Shown here one piece after another: positions 8,526 to 18,701 of a stretch of DNA of 64,000 bases. Within the stretch, counting starts at the first letter, position 1. Each line of letters opens with the position of its first letter. The position numbers and the translations under genes are program-made. A model generated the notes under the pieces. That model was not told where the DNA came from and did no database searches. It saw nothing but the letters and a program-made list of their open reading frames with translations. Origin of the DNA: an uncultured Acidimicrobiales bacterium (GTDB lineage Bacteria > Actinomycetota > Acidimicrobiia > Acidimicrobiales > VFJN01); the NCBI GenBank assembly GCA_963735375.1, contig CAVTKS010000007.1:333585-397584 (forward strand). The letters are read 5' to 3'.

Positions 8526-10154
8526 TCACAGCAGGAAGAAGTCGCTGACCCGAGCGAGGTACCAGACCGCGGGGAGCACGAACAGCAGCGCGTCGAACCG
8601 GTCGAGCAGCCCACCGTGGCCCGGCAGGATGCTGCCCATGTCCTTGATGCCCAGGTCGCGTTTGACCAGTGACTCGGCAAGGTCGCCGAGGGGGGCCACC
8701 AGGGCCACGAGCAGGCCGAGCTTCAGGCCCTCCTGCCACTCGTCGAACGGGTGAACGCCGACGATCGAGAACACGACCGCGGCGACGACGGCCAGCAGCA
8801 TGCCTCCGGCCAGGCCCTCGATGGTCTTGTTGGGGCTGGCGGCCGACAGCGGGCGCGACCCGGCGCTGCGCCCGACGAACAGGGCGCCGACGTCATAGCC
8901 GATGGTCGGGATCACGGCGGCGAGCAGCAGGGCCACGCCGTTGCCGGCCGGGTCGGCCAGCAGCAGGCCGGCGAACGCCCCGAACAGGCCGATCCACCCG
9001 ATGCCGAGCAGCGTGACGCCGACGTTGGCGACCGGACGGTCTCCGCCCGCGCCCACCAGGTACCAGAGGAAGCTGACGGCCACGGCCAGGACGAGCACCA
9101 GCGGGAGGGCGCCCTCGCCGTAGTTGTACGCGGCGATGGCGAGGCCGACGGCCGCCGCCACACCCACCGGCATGGGTGCCTCGAACCCGGCGGTGTTGAC
9201 CGCCACGAAGTACTCGTACGCCGCGTACGCCAGCACCGGGACGACGACGATCATGCCGCCCAGGGGCCCGAGCACGGCGAACAGCGCGAGCGCTGCGGCC
9301 AGGAAGCCGACACCGACGAGCACGGCGGTGCGCAGGTCGCGGTCGGGCGGACGGCGGGTCGAGCGGCGGGGCGCACGGCCCATGCGCGGGCCGGGCTCGC
9401 CACGCTGGGACGCCGGGTAGCCCGCCGCGGGCTCCTCGTAGACCTCGTCGTCGTAGACGTCGCCGTAGCCGTCGTCGCCGTAGGCGTCGTCCTCGTAGCC
9501 GTACCCGTCCTCGGCGTACTCGTCGCCGTAGCCGGGCTGGTCGGTCCGCCCGCCGGCGGGAGGCGCAGCCGGCGGATCGTCGAACACCGACCGTCCCGGC
9601 GCCGGGTCGACACCCTCGTCGAAGCTGACCGGGGTGCCCTGCATCGGACCGGACCGGCCGGGCGGCGCGGGATCGGGCCACCCGCCCTGTCCGCCGGGGT
9701 CGCCGCCCTGTTGGCCGCGCGACGGCAGCGGTGGCTGCGCACGCGTCGGCTCCGGCGCCGGCTCGTCGCGCCACCGGGGATCGGCGTCGAACCCCGACCA
9801 CGTGTCGTCACCCTGACGGGGATCGCGGCGGTTCATGTTCGGTACCTCCTCGGCGGCCGAGCCCGCCCAGTGGGACAGCTCGGGCGCCTCGGCCCGGCGC
9901 TCCACGGGCACCACGGGGGGCCGCTCGATGGTGTTGGGGTCGTCGTACGATCCGAGCGGGAAGCGCAGTGCCGGACGTGGTCCTTCGGAGGATGGCGCGG
10001 CGGGACGGTCTCCGAAGCGCGGTCGATCCTGGTCGAAACGATGGCGGATGTCGTCGCGCTCGAGCGCTTCGGCGGCCTCGTCGGCACCCAGCAGCCGCAC
10101 ACCCTCGGTGGGATCACGGTGACGCTTGTCGCGGCGGTCATCCCGATCGGTCAC
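8526..10154 (-). CDS. cdsA: Phosphatidate cytidylyltransferase CdsA with a long disordered N-terminal extension
   Basis: The C-terminal half is a typical CdsA (SPNKTIEGLAGG...LVKRDLGIKDMGSILPGHGGLLDRFDALLF). ORF spans 8526..10208. GTG 10154 is preceded by GAGAGGAAG. The N-terminal ~270 aa are low complexity but show coding-like GC3. Confidence 0.85.
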   Translation of the reverse strand: MTDRDDRRDKRHRDPTEGVRLLGADEAAEALERDDIRHRFDQDRPRFGDRPAAPSSEGPRPALRFPLGSYDDPNTIERPPVVPVERRAEAPELSHWAGSAAEEVPNMNRRDPRQGDDTWSGFDADPRWRDEPAPEPTRAQPPLPSRGQQGGDPGGQGGWPDPAPPGRSGPMQGTPVSFDEGVDPAPGRSVFDDPPAAPPAGGRTDQPGYGDEYAEDGYGYEDDAYGDDGYGDVYDDEVYEEPAAGYPASQRGEPGPRMGRAPRRSTRRPPDRDLRTAVLVGVGFLAAALALFAVLGPLGGMIVVVPVLAYAAYEYFVAVNTAGFEAPMPVGVAAAVGLAIAAYNYGEGALPLVLVLAVAVSFLWYLVGAGGDRPVANVGVTLLGIGWIGLFGAFAGLLLADPAGNGVALLLAAVIPTIGYDVGALFVGRSAGSRPLSAASPNKTIEGLAGGMLLAVVAAVVFSIVGVHPFDEWQEGLKLGLLVALVAPLGDLAESLVKRDLGIKDMGSILPGHGGLLDRFDALLFVLPAVWYLARVSDFFLL

Positions 10155-10323
10155 GTCGTCTTCCTCTCGTCGAGCCCACCCTGGGGTGTGTCCCCACGTC
10201 GGTCGCATCGGTGGTCACGCGGTCTGTCGCGCCTCAATCCTGCACGCCCAGCCACCTCAGGTGGTGGCAAAGGCCGCGAACCGCGGTCGCGGCACCCGCT
10301 GCGGACGTTCGGCGAGGCCATCG

Positions 10324-10881
10324 TCAGACCTCGAGGAGCTCCTGCTCCTTGTGGTCGAGCGCGGCCCCGACGTCACCCTCGTACTGGTGCGTGAGCTTGT
10401 CGAGATCCTTCTCGGCGCGGGCCAGGTCGTCAGCGGAGATGTCGCCGTCCTTCTCCAAGCTCTCGAGGTCGTGACGGGCGCCCCGCCGCGCATGGCGGAT
10501 GCTCACCCGACCCTCCTCCGCCATGCCCCGCACGACCCGCACCAGTTCCTTGCGGCGCTCCTCGGTGAGCGGCGGGAAGTTGAGGCGGATCACCTGGCCG
10601 TCGTTGTTGGGCGACAGGCCCAGACGACTGTTCTGGATCGCCTTCTCGATCGCCCCCATGGCGCCCTTGTCGTACGGGCTGATCACGAGCAGCCGAGCCT
10701 CCGGCACGGTGAAGCCCGCGATCTGTTGCAGCGGCACCTCGGTGCCGTAGTAGTCGACGGGCAGCTTCTCGACGAGCGCGGGCGCGGCGCGCCCCGTGCG
10801 CACGCCGGTGAATTCGGCCCGGGCGTGGTCGACCGCCTTGGCCATCTTGTCTCGGGCGTCGTCGAGGACCATCGCGATCAT
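10324..10881 (-). CDS. frr: Ribosome recycling factor
   Basis: Protein reads MIAMVLDDARDKMAKAVDHARAEFTGVRTGRA...LTEERRKELV...HKEQELLEV. It is 185 aa and colinear with mycobacterial Frr. Confidence 0.93.
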   Translation of the reverse strand: MIAMVLDDARDKMAKAVDHARAEFTGVRTGRAAPALVEKLPVDYYGTEVPLQQIAGFTVPEARLLVISPYDKGAMGAIEKAIQNSRLGLSPNNDGQVIRLNFPPLTEERRKELVRVVRGMAEEGRVSIRHARRGARHDLESLEKDGDISADDLARAEKDLDKLTHQYEGDVGAALDHKEQELLEV

Positions 10882-10968
10882 GTCGTCGGACACGGGTGCT
10901 CCTGGGTCGAGGTCGACGGGGTCAGGCGCAAGCCAGGGCCGGCCAGCCGGCTGACCCCCCGCCGCCAA

Positions 10969-11682
10969 CTAGTGGATCAGCGTACCGATCGCCCGGCCGC
11001 CCACGATGGACCGTATGTTGCCCTTGCCGAGCAGGTCGAACACCACGATGGGCAACTTGTTGTCCATGCACAGCGTGATGGCGGTCGAGTCCATGGCCTT
11101 GATACCCCGGTTGAGCACGTCGAGGTAGCTGACCTCGTCGAGCTTGGTGGCATCGGGCTCGGTGCGGGGATCGGCCGTGTAGAGCCCGTCGACACCCGAG
11201 TGGGTGCCGCGCAGCATGCCGTCGGCCTCGATCTCGACGGCGCGCAGCGCTGCGGCCGTGTCGGTGGTGAAGAACGGATTCCCGGTGCCGCCGGCGAAGA
11301 TGACCACGCGCCCCTTCTCGAGGTGGCGGATGGCCCGACGCCGGATGTACGGCTCGGCGACCTGGGCCATGTGGATGGCCGTCTGCACGCGAGTCGGCTG
11401 GCCGATGCGCTCGAGCGTGTCCTGCAGCGCGAGCGCGTTGATGACCGTGGCCAGCATGCCCATGTAGTCGGCCTGGGCGCGGTCCATGCCCGCGCCGGCC
11501 CCGGTCATGCCGCGCCAGATGTTGCCGCCGCCCACCACCACCGCGATGTCGACGCCCGCCTCGCGGACATCGGCGATCTCGGTGGCGATGAACTCGGCGA
11601 AGGTGCCGTCGATGCCGTAGCCGACATCGCCGGCGAACGCCTCGCCGGACAGCTTCAGCAGGATCCGGTTGTACTCGGTCAC
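10969..11682 (-). CDS. pyrH: Uridylate kinase
   Basis: Protein reads [18 protein letters not shown]...[11 protein letters not shown]...[20 protein letters not shown]. The GTG start at 11682 was verified. The remaining 5' part of ORF 10969..12471 overlaps tsf in another frame. Confidence 0.9.
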   Translation of the reverse strand: MTEYNRILLKLSGEAFAGDVGYGIDGTFAEFIATEIADVREAGVDIAVVVGGGNIWRGMTGAGAGMDRAQADYMGMLATVINALALQDTLERIGQPTRVQTAIHMAQVAEPYIRRRAIRHLEKGRVVIFAGGTGNPFFTTDTAAALRAVEIEADGMLRGTHSGVDGLYTADPRTEPDATKLDEVSYLDVLNRGIKAMDSTAITLCMDNKLPIVVFDLLGKGNIRSIVGGRAIGTLIH

Positions 11683-11764
11683 GAGTGCCCGTTTCTGCTG
11701 CGTCGCAGCGGCTCGTCGGTTCGTCTTCCGGGACCTTCGCTGAGAGCGGTCACCGGCGTGTCCC

Positions 11765-12565
11765 TCACCCGCCGATGAAGAGCTGGGCGAAGCGGACGAC
11801 GCTGGCCCCGCCGCTCTCGGCGAGCTGAGCGACCGTCTGCTTGTCGTCGCGGACGAACGCCTGGTCGAGAAGCACCCGCTCTTTGTACCAGCCGTTGAGC
11901 CGGCCCTCGACGATCTTCGGCCAGGCCGCCTCGGGCTTGCCCTCGGCCTTGGTGATGTTGAGCAGCGTCGCACGCTCGTCGGCCACCACATCCTCGGGCA
12001 CCTCGTCGCGGTCCAGGTACTGCGGCTTGGCGAACGCGATGTGTACCGCGATGTCGTGGGCCAGCTCCGGAGACCCGCCCTGCATGACCACGACCACGCC
12101 GTTGACGCCGCGGCCGTCCTGTCGGTGCAGGTAGGTGTCGACGGTCTCGCCCTCGGCCAGCTTGATCTGGAGGGCGCGACCGACCTCGATGTTCTCCTTG
12201 AGGGTGACCTTGAGGTCGTCGATCGAGGTGGCGTGGCTCGCGACGCCGTCCTCGCCCCGAGCGGCCACAGAGTCGGCCAGCTCCTGGGTGAGGCGGATGA
12301 AGTTGTCGGACTTGGCCACGAAGTCGGTCTCGCACTTGAGCTCGACCAGGCCCACGGTACCGACGTTGGTGGCGATGGCGATCGCGCCCTGGGCGTTCTC
12401 GCGACCGGCACGGTCGTCGGCCTTGGCCAGGCCCTTCTCACGCAGGAGCTTGCGTGCCGCGTCCATGTCACCGTCGGTATCGGTGAGCGCCTTCTTGGCG
12501 TCCATCATGCCTGCGCCGGTCGACTGGCGCAGGGCTTGTACATCCTTGGCGGTGAAGTCGGCCAT
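11765..12565 (-). CDS. tsf: Elongation factor Ts
   Basis: Protein reads [49 protein letters not shown]... An AGGAG lies 11 nt upstream. Confidence 0.93.
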   Translation of the reverse strand: MADFTAKDVQALRQSTGAGMMDAKKALTDTDGDMDAARKLLREKGLAKADDRAGRENAQGAIAIATNVGTVGLVELKCETDFVAKSDNFIRLTQELADSVAARGEDGVASHATSIDDLKVTLKENIEVGRALQIKLAEGETVDTYLHRQDGRGVNGVVVVMQGGSPELAHDIAVHIAFAKPQYLDRDEVPEDVVADERATLLNITKAEGKPEAAWPKIVEGRLNGWYKERVLLDQAFVRDDKQTVAQLAESGGASVVRFAQLFIGG

Positions 12566-13557
12566 CGGGGCTCAGGACTCCTGGGTGTCTGAAGGGGCGG
12601 TCTCGGTGGTGGTCTCGGGCGCGGCCGTCTCGGGCTGCGGCGTTCGGTGGCGGGCTGCGCTTCGGTGGCGGCCTCGGCCTCGGCTTCGGCCACCTCGGGG
12701 GCGATGCTCTCGGTGAGCGGCGCGACGGGCGGGGCCGGGACCGGGCGGGCGCCGGCCACGCGGGCCTCGCGCTGCTGCGACTCGAGCAGCGCCTGACGAC
12801 GGGCCTCGGCCTGCTCGGCGGCGACCCGCTGCTCGTCGGTGGACGTGCGCGGCGCGACGGGCGCCTTGAGCGAGGCCATGTGCTTGCCCTCGATCACGGC
12901 GTCGGCGATGACGCGGCACAGCAGGGTGCCCGAGCGGATGGCGTCGTCGTTGCCGGGGATGACGTAGTCGATGACATCGGGGTCGCAGTTGGTGTCGACC
13001 ACCGCCACCACGGGGATGCCCAGCTTGTTGGCCTCGGTGACCGCGATGTGCTCCTTCTTCGTGTCGAGCACGAAGACGGCCTGGGGCAGCTTCTCCATGG
13101 AACGGATGCCGCCGAGGTAGCGGGCCAGCTTGTCGAGCTCGCGCGTCTTGAGGAGCGCTTCCTTCTTCGGCATGGCGGCGAACTCGCCGGAGTCGCGCTG
13201 GCGCTCGAGCTCGAGCATCTTCGCGACCCGCTTGCTCATCGTCTGGTAGTTGGTGAGCATGCCGCCGAGCCAGCGCTCGTTGATGAACGGCATGCCGCAC
13301 TTCTCGGCGTACTGCTCGATCGGGTCCTGCGCCTGCTTCTTGGTGCCGACGAACAGGACGTTGCCGCCCTTGGCCGTGACGTCGCGCACGAACGTGTAGG
13401 CGGACTCGATCCGGGTCAGCGTCTGCTGGAGATCGATGATGTAGATACCGTTGCGCTCACCGAAGATGAAGCGCTTCATCTTGGGGTTCCAACGGCGGGT
13501 CTGGTGTCCGAAGTGGACACCGGCCTCGAGGAGCTGCTTCATGCTGACGACAGCCAC
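12505..13557 (-). CDS. rpsB: 30S ribosomal protein S2 (tail frame suspect; the natural stop is probably 12572)
   Basis: Protein reads [49 protein letters not shown] 13557 is preceded by GGAAAGGA. As assembled, the ORF runs 61 nt into tsf with an R/P-rich tail (see findings). Confidence 0.9.
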   Translation of the reverse strand: MAVVSMKQLLEAGVHFGHQTRRWNPKMKRFIFGERNGIYIIDLQQTLTRIESAYTFVRDVTAKGGNVLFVGTKKQAQDPIEQYAEKCGMPFINERWLGGMLTNYQTMSKRVAKMLELERQRDSGEFAAMPKKEALLKTRELDKLARYLGGIRSMEKLPQAVFVLDTKKEHIAVTEANKLGIPVVAVVDTNCDPDVIDYVIPGNDDAIRSGTLLCRVIADAVIEGKHMASLKAPVAPRTSTDEQRVAAEQAEARRQALLESQQREARVAGARPVPAPPVAPLTESIAPEVAEAEAEAATEAQPATERRSPRRPRPRPPPRPPLQTPRSPEPRWPTSPPRMYKPCASRPAQA

Positions 13558-13745
13558 GTGGTGGTCCTTTCCCATCGGTTGACGTGGTCGGCCCGGCGCC
13601 CGAGGGCGACCGTGGGTTGGGCCGACTGCGGAGTGTGAGGACGGCCAGGAGTTCCTGACCGGCGTGACAGCCTATCGGCGGCGCTCGCACAGGCGCACGT
13701 CGGTCGGTGGCGGCCGTCCGACGGGCGGCCCGGGCAGCCAGGTCG

Positions 13746-15572
13746 TCACCCGCCTGCGGTGGCCATCACCGCGCCCAGGTGGTCCTCGAGTGCGGAGATG
13801 CCGTGACCGGCCAGCACGTCGGCGACCGCATCGTCCCACGTCTCGCAGCCGGGGTGCTGCCCGGCCAGCGCCCTCGCCATCTCGTCGGTCGCCGCGTCCG
13901 AGCCGACGAGGTCGCCGTGCGCGGCGCGGCCGCCGACCGGCACGGTGACGTTGACCGCCCCGGGCACCTCCGTGCGGGGCGCCGCCACCACGACATCGCC
14001 CCGGGCGGCGATCGAGACCAACCGCACCCCGTCCGGGGCGCCGTGCGCCGCCAGGAGGGCCACGACGCCGGAGTGCTCGGCGAGCTGGGCGATCGCCGGT
14101 GCGTCAGGGTCGAGGCCGGTGCCGAGCACCCCTTCGGCGGCGTCGAGCGCCAGGTTGGGCACCAGCCGGGTGTTGGCGGCGACCACGGCGGTGGCCGCAT
14201 CGGCGCCCCGGTGAGGCGAGCCGAGCGTGGTCACGACGCCGAGCCGTCCGAGGTCGAACCCCCGCTCGTCGAGCTCGACGAGCGCGAGCCGCGTGACGAG
14301 CCCGCCGAGCGAGTGGGCGAACACGTCGACGCTCGCGTGGGGGTCGGCGTCCGCGACCCGCTCCACCAGGTCGGCCAGTCGGCCGGCCACGACCGCCATG
14401 TCCCCCTGGGTGTCGGCGGAGACGTAGTCACGGGGTTCGACCGAAAGGAACGCTTCGCCCGTCGACGGCGTGCGGCCGCCGGCGTAGCTGAAGCGCACCA
14501 CACGCTCGGGTGCGTACCCGAGGTCGTCGAGCCGGAGCTCGTCGATCGATCCGCTGTCGCTCGACGAGCCGAGCCCGGCCACGGTCACCGCCACCCGCCG
14601 CTGCCCCGCCACCGGGCGGACCGGGACCGGCGCCGTCGAGCACGGCCCCGGGAGCACCACCCGGTCGACCAGGTCGCCGGCCACGGCGAGGCCACGCCCG
14701 ACCGGGCTGAGCTGGGCGGCGTAGGTGATGCCCGTGCGGGCGCGGGCGCGCAGCCAATCCAACGTCGGGTCCAGGCCCGGAAGGCTCGGCCCACCGCCCT
14801 CCGCCATCGCGAGCACGGCGAGCGCGCGGGCCTCGGCCTCCGCTGTGCTGCCCGGTGGCACCTCGAACGGCAACAGCTCGACCTCGGCGACCGTGCCGGC
14901 GAAGAGCGCCGCCGGGTCGAAGTACGCGTCGCCGGTGCGGGCGCCGAAGTGCAGCGTGGGCCCGGACGATCCCAGGCGACGGCCCTGCCGGACCTGCTGG
15001 CCGAGCACCACCTCGACGGTGGCCAGGAACGAGTAGCTGGTGCGCACCCCGTCGGCGTGCAGCAGCGTCACGTGGAGTCCGCCCCCGACCTGGCCGGCGA
15101 ACGTGACGGTGCCGTCCGCGCTGGCGTGCACCGGGGCGCCCGGAACGGTGGCGTACTCGAGGCCCCGGTTGCCCGCACCGTACGGACCGGCGGGAGGCCG
15201 GAACGGGTCGGCGACGGGGACGTCCACCGGCGGGACGTACGAGACGACCGTCGGCTGCCTCCGGTGGACCCGGGACTCGCTGTTCCCGGCCGACCCGGCG
15301 GCGGGCGCGGCGTCGCCCACCACGGCGACGGCGGCGACGAAGAGGACGGGGACGACGACGAGCAGGGCCAGCGGTGGCGCGACCAGCCGCGGGAGACGGC
15401 GACGACCACAGCGACCGACCGCGAGGCCGATGAGCAGCGCGACCACCCCAGCACGGGAAGGACAGGGACGACCGGCAGCGAGATCGATCGGGCGCGGGTG
15501 GTGACGGCGCTGGTGGCGCCGGCGACGTGGCCGCAGGCGCACGTGCGCCGGCGGCCGGTGGACGGGCAGCAT
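13746..15572 (-). CDS. Membrane-anchored M23 peptidase fused to a lipase/esterase-like alpha/beta-hydrolase domain
   Basis: The N-terminal part has a TM segment (LALLVVVPVLFVAAVAVVG) and an M23 core (GLEYATVPGAPVHASADGTVTFAGQVGGGLHVTLLHADGVRTSYSFL...LHFGARTGDAYFDP). The C-terminal part has GxSxG (DVFAHSLGGLVTR). An M23 gene next to rpsB is syntenic with Mycobacterium and Streptomyces. The start is uncertain. Confidence 0.7.
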   Translation of the reverse strand: MLPVHRPPAHVRLRPRRRRHQRRHHPRPIDLAAGRPCPSRAGVVALLIGLAVGRCGRRRLPRLVAPPLALLVVVPVLFVAAVAVVGDAAPAAGSAGNSESRVHRRQPTVVSYVPPVDVPVADPFRPPAGPYGAGNRGLEYATVPGAPVHASADGTVTFAGQVGGGLHVTLLHADGVRTSYSFLATVEVVLGQQVRQGRRLGSSGPTLHFGARTGDAYFDPAALFAGTVAEVELLPFEVPPGSTAEAEARALAVLAMAEGGGPSLPGLDPTLDWLRARARTGITYAAQLSPVGRGLAVAGDLVDRVVLPGPCSTAPVPVRPVAGQRRVAVTVAGLGSSSDSGSIDELRLDDLGYAPERVVRFSYAGGRTPSTGEAFLSVEPRDYVSADTQGDMAVVAGRLADLVERVADADPHASVDVFAHSLGGLVTRLALVELDERGFDLGRLGVVTTLGSPHRGADAATAVVAANTRLVPNLALDAAEGVLGTGLDPDAPAIAQLAEHSGVVALLAAHGAPDGVRLVSIAARGDVVVAAPRTEVPGAVNVTVPVGGRAAHGDLVGSDAATDEMARALAGQHPGCETWDDAVADVLAGHGISALEDHLGAVMATAGG

Positions 15573-15740
15573 GATGTCCCCCTCGGGGGCGTGGAGGTGC
15601 GTGAGGGGGAAGGGGTGGTGGCGCTGCCCGAGGGAGCGCGAGCGCGCCGCCGCTCAACCGTGCGAGACCACGAGTGGTGCCCGCGTCAGGGCGGGGAGGT
15701 GCGTCGTGCGGGACGGGCGCCGGGGCACCCGTCGCGATGT

Positions 15741-16520
15741 TCAGACAGGCTCGCGCTCGGCCGCCGTGAGGCGCCGGCGCAGCTGTTCGACTGCCTTGCC
15801 GTGGATCTGGCAGGCCCGGCTCTCGGTCACCCCGAGCACCTCGCCGATCTCGGCCAGCGTGAGGCCGTCGTGGTAGTAGAGCGCCACGACGTCGCGCTCG
15901 CGGTCCGACAGGCGGTCGATGGCCGACGACAGTGCGCGGCGCAGCTCGTCGAGCTCGACCTGGTGCCCGGGGCCCTCGTCGGGGGCGACGAGCACCTCAC
16001 CGACGGTCAGAGCCTGGCCGCCCTCGACCGCCGCGCCCAACGCGGCATCGAAGGTGACCAGGTTGACGAGCGCGACCTGTGACTGCGCTCGCTGCAACTC
16101 GCAGTCGGTCATGCTGAGCGCACCGGCCAGCTCGTGATCGGTGGGCGCCCGGTGCAGCTCGGCCTCGAGCGACCGGAGCGCCGCCTCGATGGACCGGGCC
16201 TTGGCCCGGACCGAGCGGGGCACCCAGTCGTACTGGCGCAGCTCGTCGACGATGTGGCCCTTGATGCGAGCGATCGCGTAGGTCTCGAAGCGGTGGCCGA
16301 GCTCGGGGTCGAACTTGTCGATGGCGTCGATGAGGCCGAACACGCCGTAGCTGACGAGGTCGGCCCGGTCGACATGGCTGGGCGCGCCCGCCGCGAGCCG
16401 GCCGGCCACGATCTGGACCAGCGGTGCGTAGTGGATGATCAGTTCGTCTCTCGCCGGTCGCTGGCCAGCACGCTTGTAGGCGTGCCATGCCCTGGCGATC
16501 TCGACATCGACGTGCGTCAC
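15741..16520 (-). CDS. whiG: FliA/WhiG-family RNA polymerase sigma factor
   Basis: Region 2 reads DLVSYGVFGLIDAIDKFDPELGHRFETYAIARIKGHIVDELR. Region 4 reads LTLAEIGEVLGVTESRACQIHGKAVEQLRRRL. Its position beside rpsB matches Streptomyces whiG. Confidence 0.8.
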   Translation of the reverse strand: MTHVDVEIARAWHAYKRAGQRPARDELIIHYAPLVQIVAGRLAAGAPSHVDRADLVSYGVFGLIDAIDKFDPELGHRFETYAIARIKGHIVDELRQYDWVPRSVRAKARSIEAALRSLEAELHRAPTDHELAGALSMTDCELQRAQSQVALVNLVTFDAALGAAVEGGQALTVGEVLVAPDEGPGHQVELDELRRALSSAIDRLSDRERDVVALYYHDGLTLAEIGEVLGVTESRACQIHGKAVEQLRRRLTAAEREPV

Positions 16521-16530
16521 GTACGCGTCC

Positions 16531-17502
16531 CTATGCCCGCGGATGGGTGGCGTCGAACACTGTCCTCAGCCGTTCCTTGGAGACGTGAGTGTAACGCTGC
16601 GTGGTGGCCACATCGGAATGACCGAGCAGTTCCTGGACGACCCGCAGGTCAGCGCCCCCATCGAGCAGGTGCGTGGCGAACGTGTGCCGCAGTGCGTGGG
16701 GGTGGGTGGGCTCGGTGGCACGTCGGTCGAGGATGCGCCGGGCGTCACGCGGGGTGAGCCGTCGCCCCCGCCGGTTGAGGAACACGGCGCCGGCGGGCGT
16801 GGCCTCGGTCGTGAGCGCGCCGCGCCCATCGGCCAACCAGCGGCGCAAGCCGAGGACGGCAGGCTCGCTGAGCGGGACGGCGCGCTGCTTGGCCCCCTTG
16901 CCCCACACGACCACGCGCGCTCTGGCGAGGTCGAGCTCGTCGACGTCGAGCGCCGTCGCCTCGGCGATGCGCAGCCCGCTGCCGTAGAGCAGCTCGAGCA
17001 ACGCCGCGTCGCGCAGGGCCACGGCTGCGGCAGTGGCGCCCTCGCCACCGGCCGATCGCCCGGGGTGGGGCGACGCGGCACCGTCGCCCGGAGGCCCGAG
17101 AAGATCCCGCAGCTCGTCGGGCCGCAACACCCGGGGCAGCCGCGCCTCGCCCTTGGGCGCGCTGAGCCCGGCCGTGGGGTCGTGGTCGATGCGGCCGGAA
17201 CGCTGCAGCCAGCGAAAGTAACGGCGGAGCGCCGAGGCGCGCCGAGCGATGGTGCGACGGGCCTGGCCCCGGGTGGCCATGTAGGCGAGGTAGCGCCGCA
17301 GGATCTGGCGATCGACGGCTGCAGGATCGTCCAGCCCCAGGCGTGCGGCCCAGGTGGTGAACGCCCGGAGGTCGCGGTCGTAGGCCTCGACGGTGGACGA
17401 CGCCACCGCGGTGAGCGAGCGCGTGAACCCGTCGAGGTGCCATGCCACGAGGCCCACCGTACCGACGGGTGCACCCACCGGCGGTGGACGGGGCGGCGAC
17501 AT
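16531..17502 (-). CDS. xerC: Tyrosine recombinase XerC
   Basis: Protein reads RRYLAYMATRGQARRTIARRASALRRYFRW...HALRHTFATHLLDGGADLRVVQELLGHSDVATTQRYTHV. ATG 17502 overlaps the dprA stop by 1 nt. Confidence 0.85.
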   Translation of the reverse strand: MSPPRPPPVGAPVGTVGLVAWHLDGFTRSLTAVASSTVEAYDRDLRAFTTWAARLGLDDPAAVDRQILRRYLAYMATRGQARRTIARRASALRRYFRWLQRSGRIDHDPTAGLSAPKGEARLPRVLRPDELRDLLGPPGDGAASPHPGRSAGGEGATAAAVALRDAALLELLYGSGLRIAEATALDVDELDLARARVVVWGKGAKQRAVPLSEPAVLGLRRWLADGRGALTTEATPAGAVFLNRRGRRLTPRDARRILDRRATEPTHPHALRHTFATHLLDGGADLRVVQELLGHSDVATTQRYTHVSKERLRTVFDATHPRA

Positions 17503-18701
17503 CACGCGCCTGCGCCGGACGTTGCCGCCACGCGTTCGTACCAGCCACCGCGGCGCGCCACCCACCCGGCATCGCACAGGCGGTCGAGCGCGGGGGCGAG
17601 TCGGGCCAGGTCGAGCCCCGTGCGCAGGACCAGCTGGTCGAGTGTCGCGGGCTGCCAGCCCACGGCCTCGAGGACCGGCCGGTCACCATGGTCGGGCTGC
17701 GCCCGACGGTCGCGGGGCCCACGGGAGCGAGATGCGCCGAGGCCCAGCGCCACGAGCAGGTCGTCGACCGAGCAGACCGGCGCCCGGCCCTCGGCGAGCA
17801 GTTCGTTGGTGCCCGCAGCGGCCGGGTTGCGCACCGAGCCGGGCACGGCCAGCACGTCGAGGCCCCGCCGGTCTGCCTCGTCGACGGTGTGCAGCGACCC
17901 GCCGCGCCGATGGGACTCGACCACCACCACGATGTCGGCCAGCGCGGCGATGATGCGGTTGCGTGCCGGGAACCGCCACCGCTCGGGACGCGCGCCCGGC
18001 GGTGCCTCGGACAGCAGCAGCCCAGCGGCGGCGACCGCCTGCCACAGGTCGGACTGGCCGCGCGGGTACACGACATCGAGCCCGCTGCCCACCACCCCGA
18101 TCGGCGGCGCGCCATCGGCCGCGAGGGCACCCCGATGGGCGGCACCGTCGATGCCCGACGCCAGGCCCGACACGACCGCCACCCCGGCGGCCGCCAGATC
18201 GCGCCCCAGCTCGAACGCGACCCCGGCACCGGTCGGCGAGCAGCGCCGGGTGCCGACGATGGCCACCCGAGCGCCCGCGATCGCCTCGGTCGTGCCCCGG
18301 TGGAAGATCACGGCCGGAGGCTCGACGTCGCCGACCAGCGCGGGCGGGTACTCGGGTGCGCCCAGCAGGCACACGCCGACCCGGGCGTCGACGACCCCGC
18401 TCCACGTGTCTGCGAGGTCGACCTTGGCTGCCGCCGTCCGCCACTGCTCGACGATGTCGACGTGCTTGTTGCCCAGCGCCTGGAGAACAGCTCTGTCCGA
18501 CCATCCCCGCCCGGCGAGGACACGGTGCCACACCACCTCCGGCGGCTCGCCGGCCAGGATGGCGGCGAGGCGTGACGGCCCCATGCGGGGCAGCCCGGCC
18601 AGCGCGGTGGCGTAGGCCCCGGGCGGCAACGCCGTCGCCGAGGCACTGGCTGTGGTTCTGGTCGACGCCGTGGCCCCCGACGTGCCGGGGTCGCCCGTCA
18701 T
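17502..18701 (-). CDS. dprA: DNA-processing protein DprA (Smf)
   Basis: Protein reads VAIVGTRRCSPTGAGVAFELGRDLAAAGVAVVSGLASGIDGAAHRGAL. ATGA overlap with the yifB stop. Confidence 0.88.
   Translation of the reverse strand: MTGDPGTSGATASTRTTASASATALPPGAYATALAGLPRMGPSRLAAILAGEPPEVVWHRVLAGRGWSDRAVLQALGNKHVDIVEQWRTAAAKVDLADTWSGVVDARVGVCLLGAPEYPPALVGDVEPPAVIFHRGTTEAIAGARVAIVGTRRCSPTGAGVAFELGRDLAAAGVAVVSGLASGIDGAAHRGALAADGAPPIGVVGSGLDVVYPRGQSDLWQAVAAAGLLLSEAPPGARPERWRFPARNRIIAALADIVVVVESHRRGGSLHTVDEADRRGLDVLAVPGSVRNPAAAGTNELLAEGRAPVCSVDDLLVALGLGASRSRGPRDRRAQPDHGDRPVLEAVGWQPATLDQLVLRTGLDLARLAPALDRLCDAGWVARRGGWYERVAATSGAGA

Noticed and set aside
10969-12471. 500-aa ORF spanning pyrH and most of tsf.
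   Set aside because: Only the last 237 codons are UMP kinase. The upstream part is the out-of-frame shadow of tsf.
16531-17502. Tyrosine recombinase as a marker of a prophage or integrative element.
   Set aside because: It sits in the conserved whiG-xerC-dprA-yifB-yraN core neighbourhood and has the XerC-type N-terminal SAM-like domain. There are no att-like repeats, tRNA or phage genes around it.
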